Both the position numbers and the translations under genes were made by a program. Positions 7,552 through 17,827 of a DNA stretch of 64,000 nucleotides are shown piece after piece. The notes beneath the pieces were generated by a model. That model had not been told where the DNA came from, made no database searches, and saw only the letters and a list, made by a program, of their open reading frames with translations. Position 1 is the stretch's first letter; every line of letters begins with the position of its first letter. Source of the DNA: Candidatus Latescibacterota bacterium (GTDB lineage Bacteria > Latescibacterota > UBA2968 > UBA8231); contig CBDCNM010000001.1 of assembly GCA_965219385.1 (NCBI GenBank), positions 484,631 to 548,630 of the forward strand. The letters run 5' to 3'.

Positions 7552-8702
7552 TTCCGGTGAGCTGCCAGCGGCCGGAACGGCCCTGGTTATAGACGGAAAA
7601 TTTGCGGCTGTAGGTGAAGGTACCCAGAAAACCGAGGGGCCGGTCGAGCAGGTCTATCTGGTTGCCCACGGCAAAGGAATAGCTGTGATTCAGAGGCGCC
7701 TTTTCGGTAAAGGGGTTCATGACGGGGCTGAACGACTTGGATAGCTGATCGAGTTGTTGAGCCTTCTCGGCATCGCTCCAGGCTTCACCGATATCGGGTA
7801 TTTCGGCCTGGTTCAGCAGTTCGGGTAGTTCGCGGGTGCCATCGTCGAAACCCAGCCAGTCCCACTTGCCGCCGTTGTAGGTGAGGAAGTTGTCCTCGAA
7901 CGTGGTCTGGGGATTGTAGGAAGTCGAGTTCGAAAGCGAAAAAGTGAAAGACTCGGGAAAAGACTTGGTGCCGATATTGACGTTGCCTCCGGTGGAGTTG
8001 CCGGGTTTGTCCGGGGTGAAGCTCTTGACCGTGACGATATTGTCCAGGAGGCTGGAGGGGAACAGGCCTATGGCAGCGGTCTTTTTGTTGGGGTCCGAAC
8101 TGGGCAGGGCCGCGCCGTTGAGCTGCACGGTGCTGTAGCGGTCACCCAGACCGCGGATGACCACGTATTTGCCTTCTTCGACCGAAGCACCAGTCACGTG
8201 CTTCATGGCATCGGCGGCGTCGCCGCTGCCGGCCCGGGAAATATCCTCGGCGCTGATGGCATCGCTCACGGCCGGAGCCTTCTGGCGCTCTTTGAGGAGG
8301 GCGGCCTCGGTGTTGCGCAGGGCCTTGGCCTCGATTATAACCTCCTTTTCCAGCTGGATGACTTCCAATTCCATGGTCAGTTCCAGCCGGGTGGTGGCCC
8401 CGGACTGGACCTGGATCCCGGTGATGGTGGTCTGGTTGTAGCCGATCATGGAAGCGACCAACTCGTAGGTGGCCGGGGGGATGTCGCGCAGGTGAAAATT
8501 CCCATCCATATCGGTCGTCGTGCCGTACTGGGTATCCTTGAGAAGGACCACGACGCCGATGAGGGGATCGCCGGTCTGGGCATCCACGATCAGACCGGAA
8601 AACCTGGCCGGGCTCGGGGTCCTGGGCGCTGATGGGGCTGGTGAGGGCGAGGACGAGCAGAAAGTTAGGTAGGGCGCCGAAAATACTTGATCTCCGCCTC
8701 AT
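7552..8702 (-). pseudogene. TonB-dependent receptor, truncated (CarboxypepD-like domain, plug and start of barrel) with a 5' frameshift
   Basis: Signal peptide from ATG 8702 is out of frame with FSGLIVDAQTGDPLIG (shift near 8610). Plug motifs DAISAEDIS, IRGLGDRY, KSFTPD. Most of the beta-barrel is missing. Confidence 0.8.
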
Positions 8703-8885
8703 GCAGTTTTTTTGTACCTCCAAATTTTTTTGTTTAGTCGGTTGTTGGATTGCGCACTAAAGCAAAAAAAATAATCGCCAAATGTTGAGATGGGGTTACG
8801 AATAGATTACGATTATGTGTCGGAAAAGTCGCCAAGTGCGAAATGAGGGGGAGGAAGAGCCCCCAAAAACAAGATAAGGCGCGAT

Positions 8886-8927
8886 TTGCAACCAATTTGT
8901 AACAATTCCGTGATGACATTGTGACAG
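8886..8927. promoter_or_regulatory. Pho-box-like array (4 half-sites at 11-bp period) in the divergent TBDR/pstS intergenic region
   Basis: GCAAC 8888, GTAAC 8899, GTGAT 8910, GTGAC 8921. A second 11-bp tandem GTAATACAATC/GCAACACAATC lies at 8993-9014. Upstream of pstS. Confidence 0.6.
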
Positions 8928-9094
8928 ATCCCCAATAAATTTTGCTCTGTGCGCAAATATTCGTGGGTGCGGGGCGGTTTTAACACGAATCTGTAATACA
9001 ATCGCAACACAATCTCTGCAATCTATTCTAAGCAGAATTAAGCAGAATAAGGTTTTTCTTAAATCCCCATTTAAGAGGAGCAAGGAGACAGGTT

Positions 9095-10078
9095 TTGAGT
9101 ATGAAAAAATGGATCTATACAGCCCTGGTCGCTGCAATTCCGTGCATCGCGGCAAGCTCTGGAGCCAGGACCGAGGTGGACCCCCTCATCAAGCCTTACC
9201 AGAAGGTGAGCGGCATCTCCGGCAGTGCCAGTAGCATCGGCTCGGATACCATGAACAATCTGATGGCTCTCTGGCTCGAGGCGTTCCGCAAGTACTACCC
9301 GAGCGTCAAGATCCAGATCGAAGGCAAGGGGTCGAGCACGGCGCCGCCGGCCCTGATCGAGGCCACGGCCCAGTTCGGGCCCATGTCCCGGGCCATGAAG
9401 TCCACCGAGGAAGACAAGTTCGAAAAGCAGTTCGGTTACAAGCCCACCCAATTGCGGACTGCCCTGGACGCCCTGGCCGTTTTCGTCCACAAGGACAACC
9501 CCATTGCAGGATTGAACCTGCAGCAGGTCGATGCGATTTTTTCCAAGACCCGCAAAAGAGGAGCGGCGGAAAGCATCACCCGCTGGGGACAGCTCGGGTT
9601 GACGGGCGAGTGGGCCAAGGCGCCCATCAGCCTCTACGGCCGCAACTCGGCTTCGGGTACCTATGGTTTCTTCAAGAAAAAGGCTCTCTTTAAAGGCGAC
9701 TACAAGGACGAGGTCAAGGAACAACCCGGATCGGCTTCGGTGGTTCAGGGGATTACCGAAGAAGTCTACGCCATAGGCTACAGTGGCATCGGCTACCTGA
9801 CCTCGGGGGTGCGGGTGGTGCCACTGGCCAAAAAAGGCATGGATTTCAAAGAAGGCAGCCTGGAAAATGTCCTGGAAGGATCCTATCCGCTGGGTCGTTT
9901 TCTCTACCTCTATATCAACAAGGCCCCGGGCGAAGATCTGGACCCGATGGTGCGGGAATTTTGTAAGTTCATTTTTTCCGAGGAGGGCCAGAAAATCGTC
10001 ATCAAGGACGGGTACATGCCCGTACCCTACGCCGTGGTCAAAGAAGAACTGGACAAACTCGAAGGCCCGGGATCTTAA
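9095..10078 (+). CDS. pstS: Phosphate ABC transporter substrate-binding protein
   Basis: SIGSDTM, GKGSSTAPPAL, GRNSASGTYGFF, YPLGRFLYLY; signal peptide; AAGGAG RBS. Confidence 0.95.
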   Translation: MSMKKWIYTALVAAIPCIAASSGARTEVDPLIKPYQKVSGISGSASSIGSDTMNNLMALWLEAFRKYYPSVKIQIEGKGSSTAPPALIEATAQFGPMSRAMKSTEEDKFEKQFGYKPTQLRTALDALAVFVHKDNPIAGLNLQQVDAIFSKTRKRGAAESITRWGQLGLTGEWAKAPISLYGRNSASGTYGFFKKKALFKGDYKDEVKEQPGSASVVQGITEEVYAIGYSGIGYLTSGVRVVPLAKKGMDFKEGSLENVLEGSYPLGRFLYLYINKAPGEDLDPMVREFCKFIFSEEGQKIVIKDGYMPVPYAVVKEELDKLEGPGS

Positions 10079-10081
10079 AAC

Positions 10082-12307
10082 TTGCTGCGACGACCAACCA
10101 AAGGAGTGAGCGCCCGCGCCCGGTTGATGGACCGGGCCGGGCGCTACTTGATCTCCATCGGCGGTATCGGCATCATCGCCGCGGTGCTGGGAATCTTCAT
10201 CTTTATTTTGAAGGAGACTTATCCTTTGTTTCAGAGCCCCGAGGTGGGGGAGGAAGGTAGCCTGCAACTCGAGGATGGAGAAAGCATTCTGAAGGTGGGG
10301 ACGGATCCCTACCGGGAAATCGCCTACGTGGTACGGGCGGAGGGGGTGGATTTCCTGCGGCTGGATAGCGGCGCGGTGTTGCGCCGGGAACGGCCGGCCG
10401 AACTGGAGGGCAGGCGCGTGGTTTCGGCCTGTGTGGATCCGCGCAATGGCTACCTGGGGCTGGGGCTGGACAATGGCCAGGTCCTGGTTGCAAGGGTGGA
10501 TTTCGAACTGGATTACGCAGAGGGGAAACGCCAGGTTCGGCCGGTTTTCAGTACAGAGGAATTCTTTGTCCTGGATCCGGAGGGGGAAGGTATTGCCCAG
10601 GTGGTGCTGCGCCACGACGGCGAGGGGCGCTCGGCGGCCCTGGGCATCACCGTCTCCGGGCGGCTTCTGGCTCTCCTGCGGAAGCAGCAGCAAGGCTTGC
10701 TGGACCCGGGGAAAATAGAAGGGGCTGCCTACGAGTTGAGTGCCGAATTGAGCGGGAATCCCACCGCGCTTCTGGTCGATGGCCTGGTGCGGCAGGGGCT
10801 GGTAGGCACGGATAGAGGGGAGGTCTACGAGTGGCTGATAGGGGACGTGGAAGAGAAACCCTCGCTGGTCGGCTCTTTTGCCGCTGCTGATCCCGGGGTT
10901 GGGATCACCGCGCTGGAATTCATCCTCGGGGATGTTTCCGTGGCGGTGGGAGATGCCACCGGCCAGGTGAGTACCTGGTTCAAAGTGACGGCCCTGGAAG
11001 GACAGGACAAATTCCACCGGGTCCACGTTTTACAAGCCCACGAGGGGGCTGTGAAAGGGCTGGCAACCTCTCAGCGCGACAAGCAATTCCTCAGCATTGA
11101 TGAGCAGGGGGTGCTGGCCCTGCACCACGCTACATCCGAACAAACCTTCTTTCAAATCGAAACCCGTGGGATGGGGATCAAAACCCTCAGCTTCGCACCC
11201 AAGGCCGATGGATTTCTGCTCCTGGATGCAAAAGGGCATCTGCTCCACTACGAATTGCACAACCCCCACCCGGAGATCACCCTGGGCGTGCTCTTCGACG
11301 AGGTGTGGTACGAAGGATACGGGAAACCGGGCCATACCTGGCAGTCCACGGGCGGCACGGACGAATTTGAGCCCAAAATTAGCCTGGTGCCCCTGATCTT
11401 CGGCACGGCCAAGGGCACCCTCTACGCCATGCTTTTCGCCCTGCCCCTGGCCATTCTGGCGGCCCTGTACACGGCGGAGTTCGCCAGTCCCCGGATCCGC
11501 AATGTGGTCAAGCCCGTCCTGGAGATCATGGCCTCGCTGCCCAGTGTGATCCTGGGATTCCTGGCTGCCCTGTGGCTGGCTCCCCTGCTGGAAGCACACC
11601 TGGCGGGCACCTTGATGCTCTTTCCAGTGGTGCCCCTGATGGTCGTCCTTGCCGCCTGGGCCTGGCAATGGTTCCCCGGAGGGTTCCGGATTCTCGTTTC
11701 CGCCCAGGCTGAGATTCATCTCCTGATCCTCGTCACCCTGCTGGCTTCCGGGGTGGCCTTTTACCTGGGGCCGCTTTTCGAGAGCCGAATCTTCGAGGGG
11801 GGGATCCAGCAGTGGCTGGCGCAGGATTCGGGCACCCACTACGACCAGCGCAATGCCCTGATCGTCGGTTTTGCCATGGGTTTTGCCGTAATTCCGCTGA
11901 TCTTCACCATTTGCGAGGACGCTCTATCCACCGTTTCCAGCGGTTTGCGGGCCGGATCCCTGGCGCTGGGGGCTACCCGCTGGCAGACCGCGGTACGAGT
12001 CGTCTTGCCCATGGCGGTGCCGGGGATGTTCTCGGCCGCCATGATCGGTTTCGGCCGGGCAGTGGGCGAGACCATGATTGTGCTCATGGCCACGGGCAAC
12101 ACCCCGATCATGGACTGGAGTGTCTTCAACGGGATGCGAGCCATATCGGCCAATATCGCCGTGGAATTGCCCGAAGCACCGCAGCACGGTAGCCTCTACC
12201 GGGTGCTCTTCCTTAGCGGGCTGTTGCTCTTTGTGGTGACCTTTGTGATAAATACCGTGGCCGAGATGGTGCGCCAGCACCTGCGGGAAAGGTACAATAG
12301 GCTATGA
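10082..12307 (+). CDS. pstC: Phosphate ABC transporter permease PstC (long form with beta-propeller-like domain)
   Basis: WQSTGGTDEFEPK, MASLPSVILGF, GSLALGATRWQT, GRAVGETMIVLM. Confidence 0.93.
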   Translation: MLRRPTKGVSARARLMDRAGRYLISIGGIGIIAAVLGIFIFILKETYPLFQSPEVGEEGSLQLEDGESILKVGTDPYREIAYVVRAEGVDFLRLDSGAVLRRERPAELEGRRVVSACVDPRNGYLGLGLDNGQVLVARVDFELDYAEGKRQVRPVFSTEEFFVLDPEGEGIAQVVLRHDGEGRSAALGITVSGRLLALLRKQQQGLLDPGKIEGAAYELSAELSGNPTALLVDGLVRQGLVGTDRGEVYEWLIGDVEEKPSLVGSFAAADPGVGITALEFILGDVSVAVGDATGQVSTWFKVTALEGQDKFHRVHVLQAHEGAVKGLATSQRDKQFLSIDEQGVLALHHATSEQTFFQIETRGMGIKTLSFAPKADGFLLLDAKGHLLHYELHNPHPEITLGVLFDEVWYEGYGKPGHTWQSTGGTDEFEPKISLVPLIFGTAKGTLYAMLFALPLAILAALYTAEFASPRIRNVVKPVLEIMASLPSVILGFLAALWLAPLLEAHLAGTLMLFPVVPLMVVLAAWAWQWFPGGFRILVSAQAEIHLLILVTLLASGVAFYLGPLFESRIFEGGIQQWLAQDSGTHYDQRNALIVGFAMGFAVIPLIFTICEDALSTVSSGLRAGSLALGATRWQTAVRVVLPMAVPGMFSAAMIGFGRAVGETMIVLMATGNTPIMDWSVFNGMRAISANIAVELPEAPQHGSLYRVLFLSGLLLFVVTFVINTVAEMVRQHLRERYNRL

Positions 12308-13911
12308 AAAGGTTGTGGAAAAGCGGCGATCCATTCATCTGGTTGACCGGCAGTGCCCTGGGCTTTTGTCTGCTCATGGTCATTGGTCTGGTGGGCATAA
12401 TCCTCTACAATGGCCTGGGGGTGTTCTGGCCCCGGGATCTGGCCGAGTTCCAGCTGCGCGATGGGACCCGGATTATGGGGCAGGTGGTCGGACGCCAGGA
12501 GATAAAGATCGGAGAGGTCGCTGGTCGCTATCGCCAGCAACTCAAGGTGGGGAGCCGGGATGTATATGGGCTGGATTTTTGCTGGATCCCGGAGGCGGAA
12601 ATCAAAGCTGTTGAAACGCCTCTGGAAGCCGTGGTTTTCGAACGCCTGGAATGGGGTGACTTTTATGGTTTTATCACCGGCTTGTACGAAGGGGACGAAA
12701 AGAAGGCGGCGGGCGATGATACGGGGTGGGAGGTATTGAACCAGTACCTGGAGCGGGCCCGGGAACTGCGGCAGCGCCTCCACCGCCTGGAAAAGGAGGA
12801 AATCGGGCAAATCAACTTCGAGATAGAACAGCTGCGCCTGAAGCAGCGCCGGCTGGAGATGGAGGGGGTTCCTGCCGGGGCGCGAACCCAGCACAAAGCG
12901 AAAAGCAAGCGCTTGTGGCTGCAGTACGAGGCGCTGGCCGAAGAACTGGCGGTATTGCGGCGGGAAGGGGAGAAGTTCTCCGTAGGGGTGGTTTTGGCCA
13001 GTGGAGAAGAGAACCGCATCCTGGTGGCCGATATTGTGCGAGCCTACCGGCCCAACCGCCTGGGGTTGGGGGAGAAGACGGGAATATATCTTTCCAAAAC
13101 CTGGGAATTCATCGCCGGCGAACCGCGGGAATCCAACACCGAGGGCGGCATTTTTCCGGCGCTCTTCGGCACTGTGATGATGGTGATGCTGATGAGCCTG
13201 GCGGTGGTGCCCTTTGGGGTGCTGGCGGCGCTTTATCTGCGGGAGTACGCGAGCCAGGGCATGCTGGTGCGGGCCATTCGCATCGCGGTGAACAATCTGG
13301 CCGGGGTGCCGTCCATCGTCTTCGGGATGTTCGGTCTGGGGTTTTTTGTCTACGGGGTGGGGGGCGCGATCGACCGCCTGTTTTTTCAGGAGGCCCTGCC
13401 GGCGCCGACCTTCGGGACCGGGGGGATACTCTGGGCTTCGCTGACCCTGGCGCTGCTGACCGTGCCGGTGGTGGTGGTGGCCACCGAGGAAGCCCTGTCC
13501 GCCGTGCCCAGGGAGATGCGGGAGGGATCGCTGGCCCTGGGATCCACCAAGTTCCAGATGATCTGGAATGTGGTACTGCCCGGAGCCCTGCCGGGTGTGC
13601 TCACCGGCGTCATCCTGGCCACGGCCCGCGGTGCCGGCGAGGTAGCCCCCCTGATGATTACCGGTGTAGTCAAGCTGGCGCCGGATTTGCCCCTGGATGG
13701 GTACTGGCCGTTCTTCCATCTGGAGCGCAAGTTCATGCACCTGGGGTTTCACATCTACGACATGGGGTTCCAATCGCCCAACGTCGAAGCAGCCCGCCCC
13801 ATGGTTTATACCACCGCCCTGCTACTCCTGGTGATTGTCCTGGTCCTGAACCTGGCGGCCATTGTGGTGCGCAACCGTTTGCGCAAGCGCTATTCCTCAA
13901 GCGGGGTGTAG
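12304..13911 (+). CDS. pstA: Phosphate ABC transporter permease PstA
   Basis: PRESNTEGGIFPA, NLAGVPSIVFG, REGSLALG, ARGAGEVAPL; ATGA overlap with pstC. Confidence 0.95.
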   Translation: MKRLWKSGDPFIWLTGSALGFCLLMVIGLVGIILYNGLGVFWPRDLAEFQLRDGTRIMGQVVGRQEIKIGEVAGRYRQQLKVGSRDVYGLDFCWIPEAEIKAVETPLEAVVFERLEWGDFYGFITGLYEGDEKKAAGDDTGWEVLNQYLERARELRQRLHRLEKEEIGQINFEIEQLRLKQRRLEMEGVPAGARTQHKAKSKRLWLQYEALAEELAVLRREGEKFSVGVVLASGEENRILVADIVRAYRPNRLGLGEKTGIYLSKTWEFIAGEPRESNTEGGIFPALFGTVMMVMLMSLAVVPFGVLAALYLREYASQGMLVRAIRIAVNNLAGVPSIVFGMFGLGFFVYGVGGAIDRLFFQEALPAPTFGTGGILWASLTLALLTVPVVVVATEEALSAVPREMREGSLALGSTKFQMIWNVVLPGALPGVLTGVILATARGAGEVAPLMITGVVKLAPDLPLDGYWPFFHLERKFMHLGFHIYDMGFQSPNVEAARPMVYTTALLLLVIVLVLNLAAIVVRNRLRKRYSSSGV

Positions 13912-13920
13912 AATTAAATC

Positions 13921-14754
13921 ATGGAAGAGATCTCAGATATATCAGATATAGTAGAAACGGGGGATGAGGTAGTGCCCGAGCGAGTCACGACACCGGTCGA
14001 AGACCCGTTCGTGGAAGTGGACGGATTGAGCCTGTTCTACGACCAGGCCCAGGCCCTCTACGACATCGATTTGCAGGTGCCTCACAATCAGGTGACGGCC
14101 TTCATTGGCCCGTCCGGCTGCGGCAAATCCACCTTGCTGCGATGCATGAACCGGCTCAACGATCTGATCGAATCGGTGCGGATCCAGGGGTCTGTCCGGG
14201 TGGCGGGAGAGGATATCTACGCGGCGGAATACGATGTCATCGACTTGCGGCGCCGGGTCGGGATGGTGTTCCAGAAGTCCAACCCCTTTCCCAAGAGCAT
14301 CTACGAAAACGTGGCCTACGGTCTGCGGATTGCCGGTGAGAACAACCGCTCGGTTCTGGATGATGCCGTGGAGCACAGCCTCAGGTCCGCGGCCCTGTGG
14401 GAGGAGGTGAAGGATCGGCTGGCGGACAATGCGCTGGGACTTTCGGGCGGGCAGCAACAGCGACTGTGCATTGCCCGGGCCCTGGCCGTGGAGCCGCAGG
14501 TCGTCCTCATGGACGAGCCGTGTTCGGCCCTCGATCCGATCGCCACGGGCCACGTGGAGGAGACCATCTTTGCCTTGAAAGAGAGCTACACTATCATGAT
14601 AGTAACCCATAATATGCAACAGGCATCGCGGGTCTCGGATTACACGGCCTTTTTTTATCTGGGCAGACTGGTGGAGCTGGATCACACCGAGCGGGTGTTC
14701 ACCAACCCGCGCTTGCGGCAGACCGAGGCCTACGTGACCGGCCGCTTCGGTTGA
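13921..14754 (+). CDS. pstB: Phosphate ABC transporter ATP-binding protein
   Basis: [39 protein letters not shown]. Confidence 0.97.
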   Translation: MEEISDISDIVETGDEVVPERVTTPVEDPFVEVDGLSLFYDQAQALYDIDLQVPHNQVTAFIGPSGCGKSTLLRCMNRLNDLIESVRIQGSVRVAGEDIYAAEYDVIDLRRRVGMVFQKSNPFPKSIYENVAYGLRIAGENNRSVLDDAVEHSLRSAALWEEVKDRLADNALGLSGGQQQRLCIARALAVEPQVVLMDEPCSALDPIATGHVEETIFALKESYTIMIVTHNMQQASRVSDYTAFFYLGRLVELDHTERVFTNPRLRQTEAYVTGRFG

Positions 14755-14772
14755 TGTGACAGGAGGTCTATT

Positions 14773-15501
14773 GTGGAACGGCTATTTGATCAGCGCGTGG
14801 ACGACCTCAAGGGCGAATTGTTGAAGATGGGAGGGGCGGTGGAAGAATCCATCGCGCAAGCGGTCCGGGCTTTGGTAGAGCGCGACGAAGCATTGATTGA
14901 GACGGTGTTCGAGGGGGGAAAGCGGATCGATGAGTGGGAGGTGGGGATCGAGGATGAATGCCTCAAACTGCTGGCCACCCAGCAGCCCGTGGCCAGCGAT
15001 TTGCGCCTGATGGCGGCCATTTTGAAGATCAACTACGATCTGGAGCGGATCAACGACCAGGCCGTCAATATCGTAGAGCGGGCCCAGAGCCTCAACCAGA
15101 TGCCCCTGCTCAAGCCCCTGATCGATATCCCGCGCATGGCCGAACTCGCCCAGAGCATGGTCAAGGATGCCCTGGGTGCCTTTGTAAATCGCAATATCGA
15201 ACTGGCGCGCCAGGTCTGCAAACGGGACGAGCAGGTGGATTTGCTGCGCGATCAGATATTCCGGGAATTGCTCACCTACCTGCACGCCGGCCAGGCCGAT
15301 ACCGTGGACCGGGCGATCTATTTGATTCTGGTTTCCCGCCATCTGGAGCGGATCGGGGATCACGCCTCGAATATCGCGGAAAACGCAGCATTTCTGGTGG
15401 AGGGCCGGATCGTGCGCCACCAGAAGGAACAGTGGTGGGAAGAGGAGCGTGGAGATCAAGGTGAAACAGACTTACCAGGAGAGGGAGAAGATGAGTCCTA
15501 G
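14773..15501 (+). CDS. phoU: Phosphate signalling complex protein PhoU
   Basis: [32 protein letters not shown]. Confidence 0.95.
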   Translation: MERLFDQRVDDLKGELLKMGGAVEESIAQAVRALVERDEALIETVFEGGKRIDEWEVGIEDECLKLLATQQPVASDLRLMAAILKINYDLERINDQAVNIVERAQSLNQMPLLKPLIDIPRMAELAQSMVKDALGAFVNRNIELARQVCKRDEQVDLLRDQIFRELLTYLHAGQADTVDRAIYLILVSRHLERIGDHASNIAENAAFLVEGRIVRHQKEQWWEEERGDQGETDLPGEGEDES

Positions 15502-16225
15502 AATTCTGGTCGTGGAAGACGCCCCCGATATCCTGGAACTGGTGTGTTACAACCTCAAACAGGCGGGTTTGGAACCCATTCCCCTGGAGGATGGGGAAAA
15601 TCTCCTGAAGCGGGTGGAAGAAGAGCCGGCAGATCTGATCGTGCTTGATTTGATGTTGCCGGGCATGGACGGTCTGGAGGTCTGCCGCTGGCTCAAACAA
15701 AAACCCGATATCCGGGATATACCGGTGCTGATGCTAACTGCCCGGGCCGAGGAAGTGGACCGGATCGTCGGTCTTGAACTGGGCGCCGACGACTACCTGG
15801 TCAAACCCTTTTCTCCGCGGGAACTGGTACTGCGGATCAAGGCCATTCTGCGCCGTGCCGAAGAGGTGTGCTGCGATCCCAAATTGATCGAACAGGCCCT
15901 GATCAACCTGGTGGACAATGCTCTCAAGTACACCCCGGAAGGGGGAGCGGTACACATCCTTGCCCGGCCCTTTGTGGAGGAGCGGGCGCAGGGTGGGATT
16001 GCCGTAGAGATAAAGGATACGGGCCTCGGCATTCCTTCGGAGGATCTGGGACGGATCTTCGAGCGCTTCTACCGGGTGGATAAGGGACGTTCCCGCGCTC
16101 AGGGCGGAACGGGCCTGGGGCTGTCCATTGTACGGCACATCGTCGAAGCCCACGGGGAGCGGGTGTACGTGGAGAGTGAGTTGGGGAAGGGATCGACTTT
16201 CGGGTTTACCCTGCCGGTTGCTTGA
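15491..16225 (+). pseudogene. phoB/phoR: In-frame phoB'-'phoR deletion fusion (receiver + HATPase_c only)
   Basis: OmpR-type receiver ends ..[10 protein letters not shown] and joins directly to [33 protein letters not shown]. No winged helix and no HisKA H-box. Confidence 0.8.
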
Positions 16226-16232
16226 TTTCCGT

Positions 16233-16988
16233 ATGGACTCTAAGTGGATCGCAGTTTTGCTGCTGGCCGCAGGATGTGGGCAAATAGAGGAAGAAGCAGT
16301 GGTGGAGACGGACCCAGCGGTCCAAGAGGGGGAGATCGCCCGGGGCCGGGAACTGTTCACCCGCAATGGCTGCGCCCTGTGCCACGGCGTCGAGGGCCGG
16401 GGCGACGGTAGCATTGCCGCCACCCTGAATCCCCGTCCCCGGGACTTCCGCGATTTATCGGCTTACAAACAAGGCCATAACTTTGAGGATATCCTCCAGA
16501 CCATGGAGAAAGGCATGGTCAGTGGTAGGAGCGTCATGCCGGCCTATCCCCATATACCCCTGGACCAGCGGCAACTCATTGCCCGTTACATCACAGCTTT
16601 GCAAGCCGAATCCGCCGCCGAAGGCCTTTCCATTGAAGATCCATGGATCCGGGAAACCCTGCCGCCCCACAAGACGGGCGCCGGCTACATGGCCATAAAC
16701 AACCCCGCCTTTTCCGAGGACCTACTCACCGGGGTTGAGGCCGATGGGGTAGGCAAGGTCGAAATCCATCTGATGATACGGGAAGGAGAGGCGATGAAGA
16801 TGAGAAAGGTAGATCAACTCACCATCCCCGGGCAGGGCCATGTGGAATTACAACCGGGTGGGATGCACCTGATGCTGGTCGATCTGGCAAAGAAGCTCAA
16901 GGTCGGAGATAAGGTGAAACTTACATTGCATTTTAAAAACGCCGGGTCCAGGGCCATTGAAGCCTTGGTGCGCCCGCTGGAGCAGTGA
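16233..16988 (+). CDS. Lipoprotein: cytochrome c domain fused to copper chaperone PCu(A)C
   Basis: Lipobox LAAGC, heme motif CALCH with distal MPAY, C-terminal EIHLM..MKM..PGGMHLML. Confidence 0.85.
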   Translation: MDSKWIAVLLLAAGCGQIEEEAVVETDPAVQEGEIARGRELFTRNGCALCHGVEGRGDGSIAATLNPRPRDFRDLSAYKQGHNFEDILQTMEKGMVSGRSVMPAYPHIPLDQRQLIARYITALQAESAAEGLSIEDPWIRETLPPHKTGAGYMAINNPAFSEDLLTGVEADGVGKVEIHLMIREGEAMKMRKVDQLTIPGQGHVELQPGGMHLMLVDLAKKLKVGDKVKLTLHFKNAGSRAIEALVRPLEQ

Positions 16989-16992
16989 GAAA

Positions 16993-17568
16993 ATGGGGCT
17001 TTCTAGCAGGTCATTTTGCTTTTTGGCGATATGTTTGTACCTGGGGGGGTGCGGGCGGGAGTCCAAGAGCAATACCCCCGAACTGCAGACCTATGAAATC
17101 GGCGGTGATTTCACCCTGACAGACCACCAGGGCCGCGAATTCGCGCTGCAGGATCACAGGGGCGAGGTGATGCTGTTGTTTTTCGGCTATACCTTCTGCC
17201 CGGATTTCTGTCCGGTCACGGTGTCCAAACTGGCGAAGGTAGAGGATTTACTCCAGGCCCAGGGCCGCATTCACAGCCTCTTTATCACCGTGGATCCCGG
17301 CAGGGATACAAGCCAGCAACTGGATGATTACCTGAGCCATTTCGACCTCGAGATTACCGGATTGACGGGCAGCGAGGAGGAGATCCGGAAGGTGGTGTCC
17401 ATGTACGGGGCCAGTTTCCGGAAAGGCGAGGCGGATGGCGCGAGTGGGTACCTGGTAGACCACCCGACCTGGACCTACCTGATCGACCCCAAGGGCAGGG
17501 TCCGCTATCTCTTTGGCCATGAGGATACCCCGGAACAAATGGCTGCGGTGGTCGGCAAGCTGCTGTAG
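16993..17568 (+). CDS. SCO1/SenC family copper chaperone
   Basis: FFGYTFCPDFCP, ITVDP.RD, YLVDH; lipobox LGGC. Confidence 0.93.
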   Translation: MGLSSRSFCFLAICLYLGGCGRESKSNTPELQTYEIGGDFTLTDHQGREFALQDHRGEVMLLFFGYTFCPDFCPVTVSKLAKVEDLLQAQGRIHSLFITVDPGRDTSQQLDDYLSHFDLEITGLTGSEEEIRKVVSMYGASFRKGEADGASGYLVDHPTWTYLIDPKGRVRYLFGHEDTPEQMAAVVGKLL

Positions 17569-17827
17569 TGAAACCACTTCTTTAGTGCTTTTATACAATT
17601 TGCATTGTGATGGTGGTTTTCCTGGCTATACTGTACCTGGGCTGGCAGATCCGGCAACTGGGCCACAAGCAGTTCCAGCGACCATGGCTGGGCCGGCTGA
17701 GCCAGTGGCTGAACAGCAGCCGGTTTCAGAAACGGAATGGTAGGTGCGGTATCCGGCCTGATCTTTCTGTTCGGTGCAGGCTGGTTCGTGGAGCGGGTTT
17801 TCGAGCTTTCTTACATGCCGATCTGAT

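Noticed and set aside
9071..13773. Long antisense ORFs (651 aa, 525 aa; also 17726-19801, 32564-34045, 45352-46743, 54338-55960, 59161-60702)
   Set aside because: Shadow frames of GC-rich genes on the opposite strand with no family motifs.
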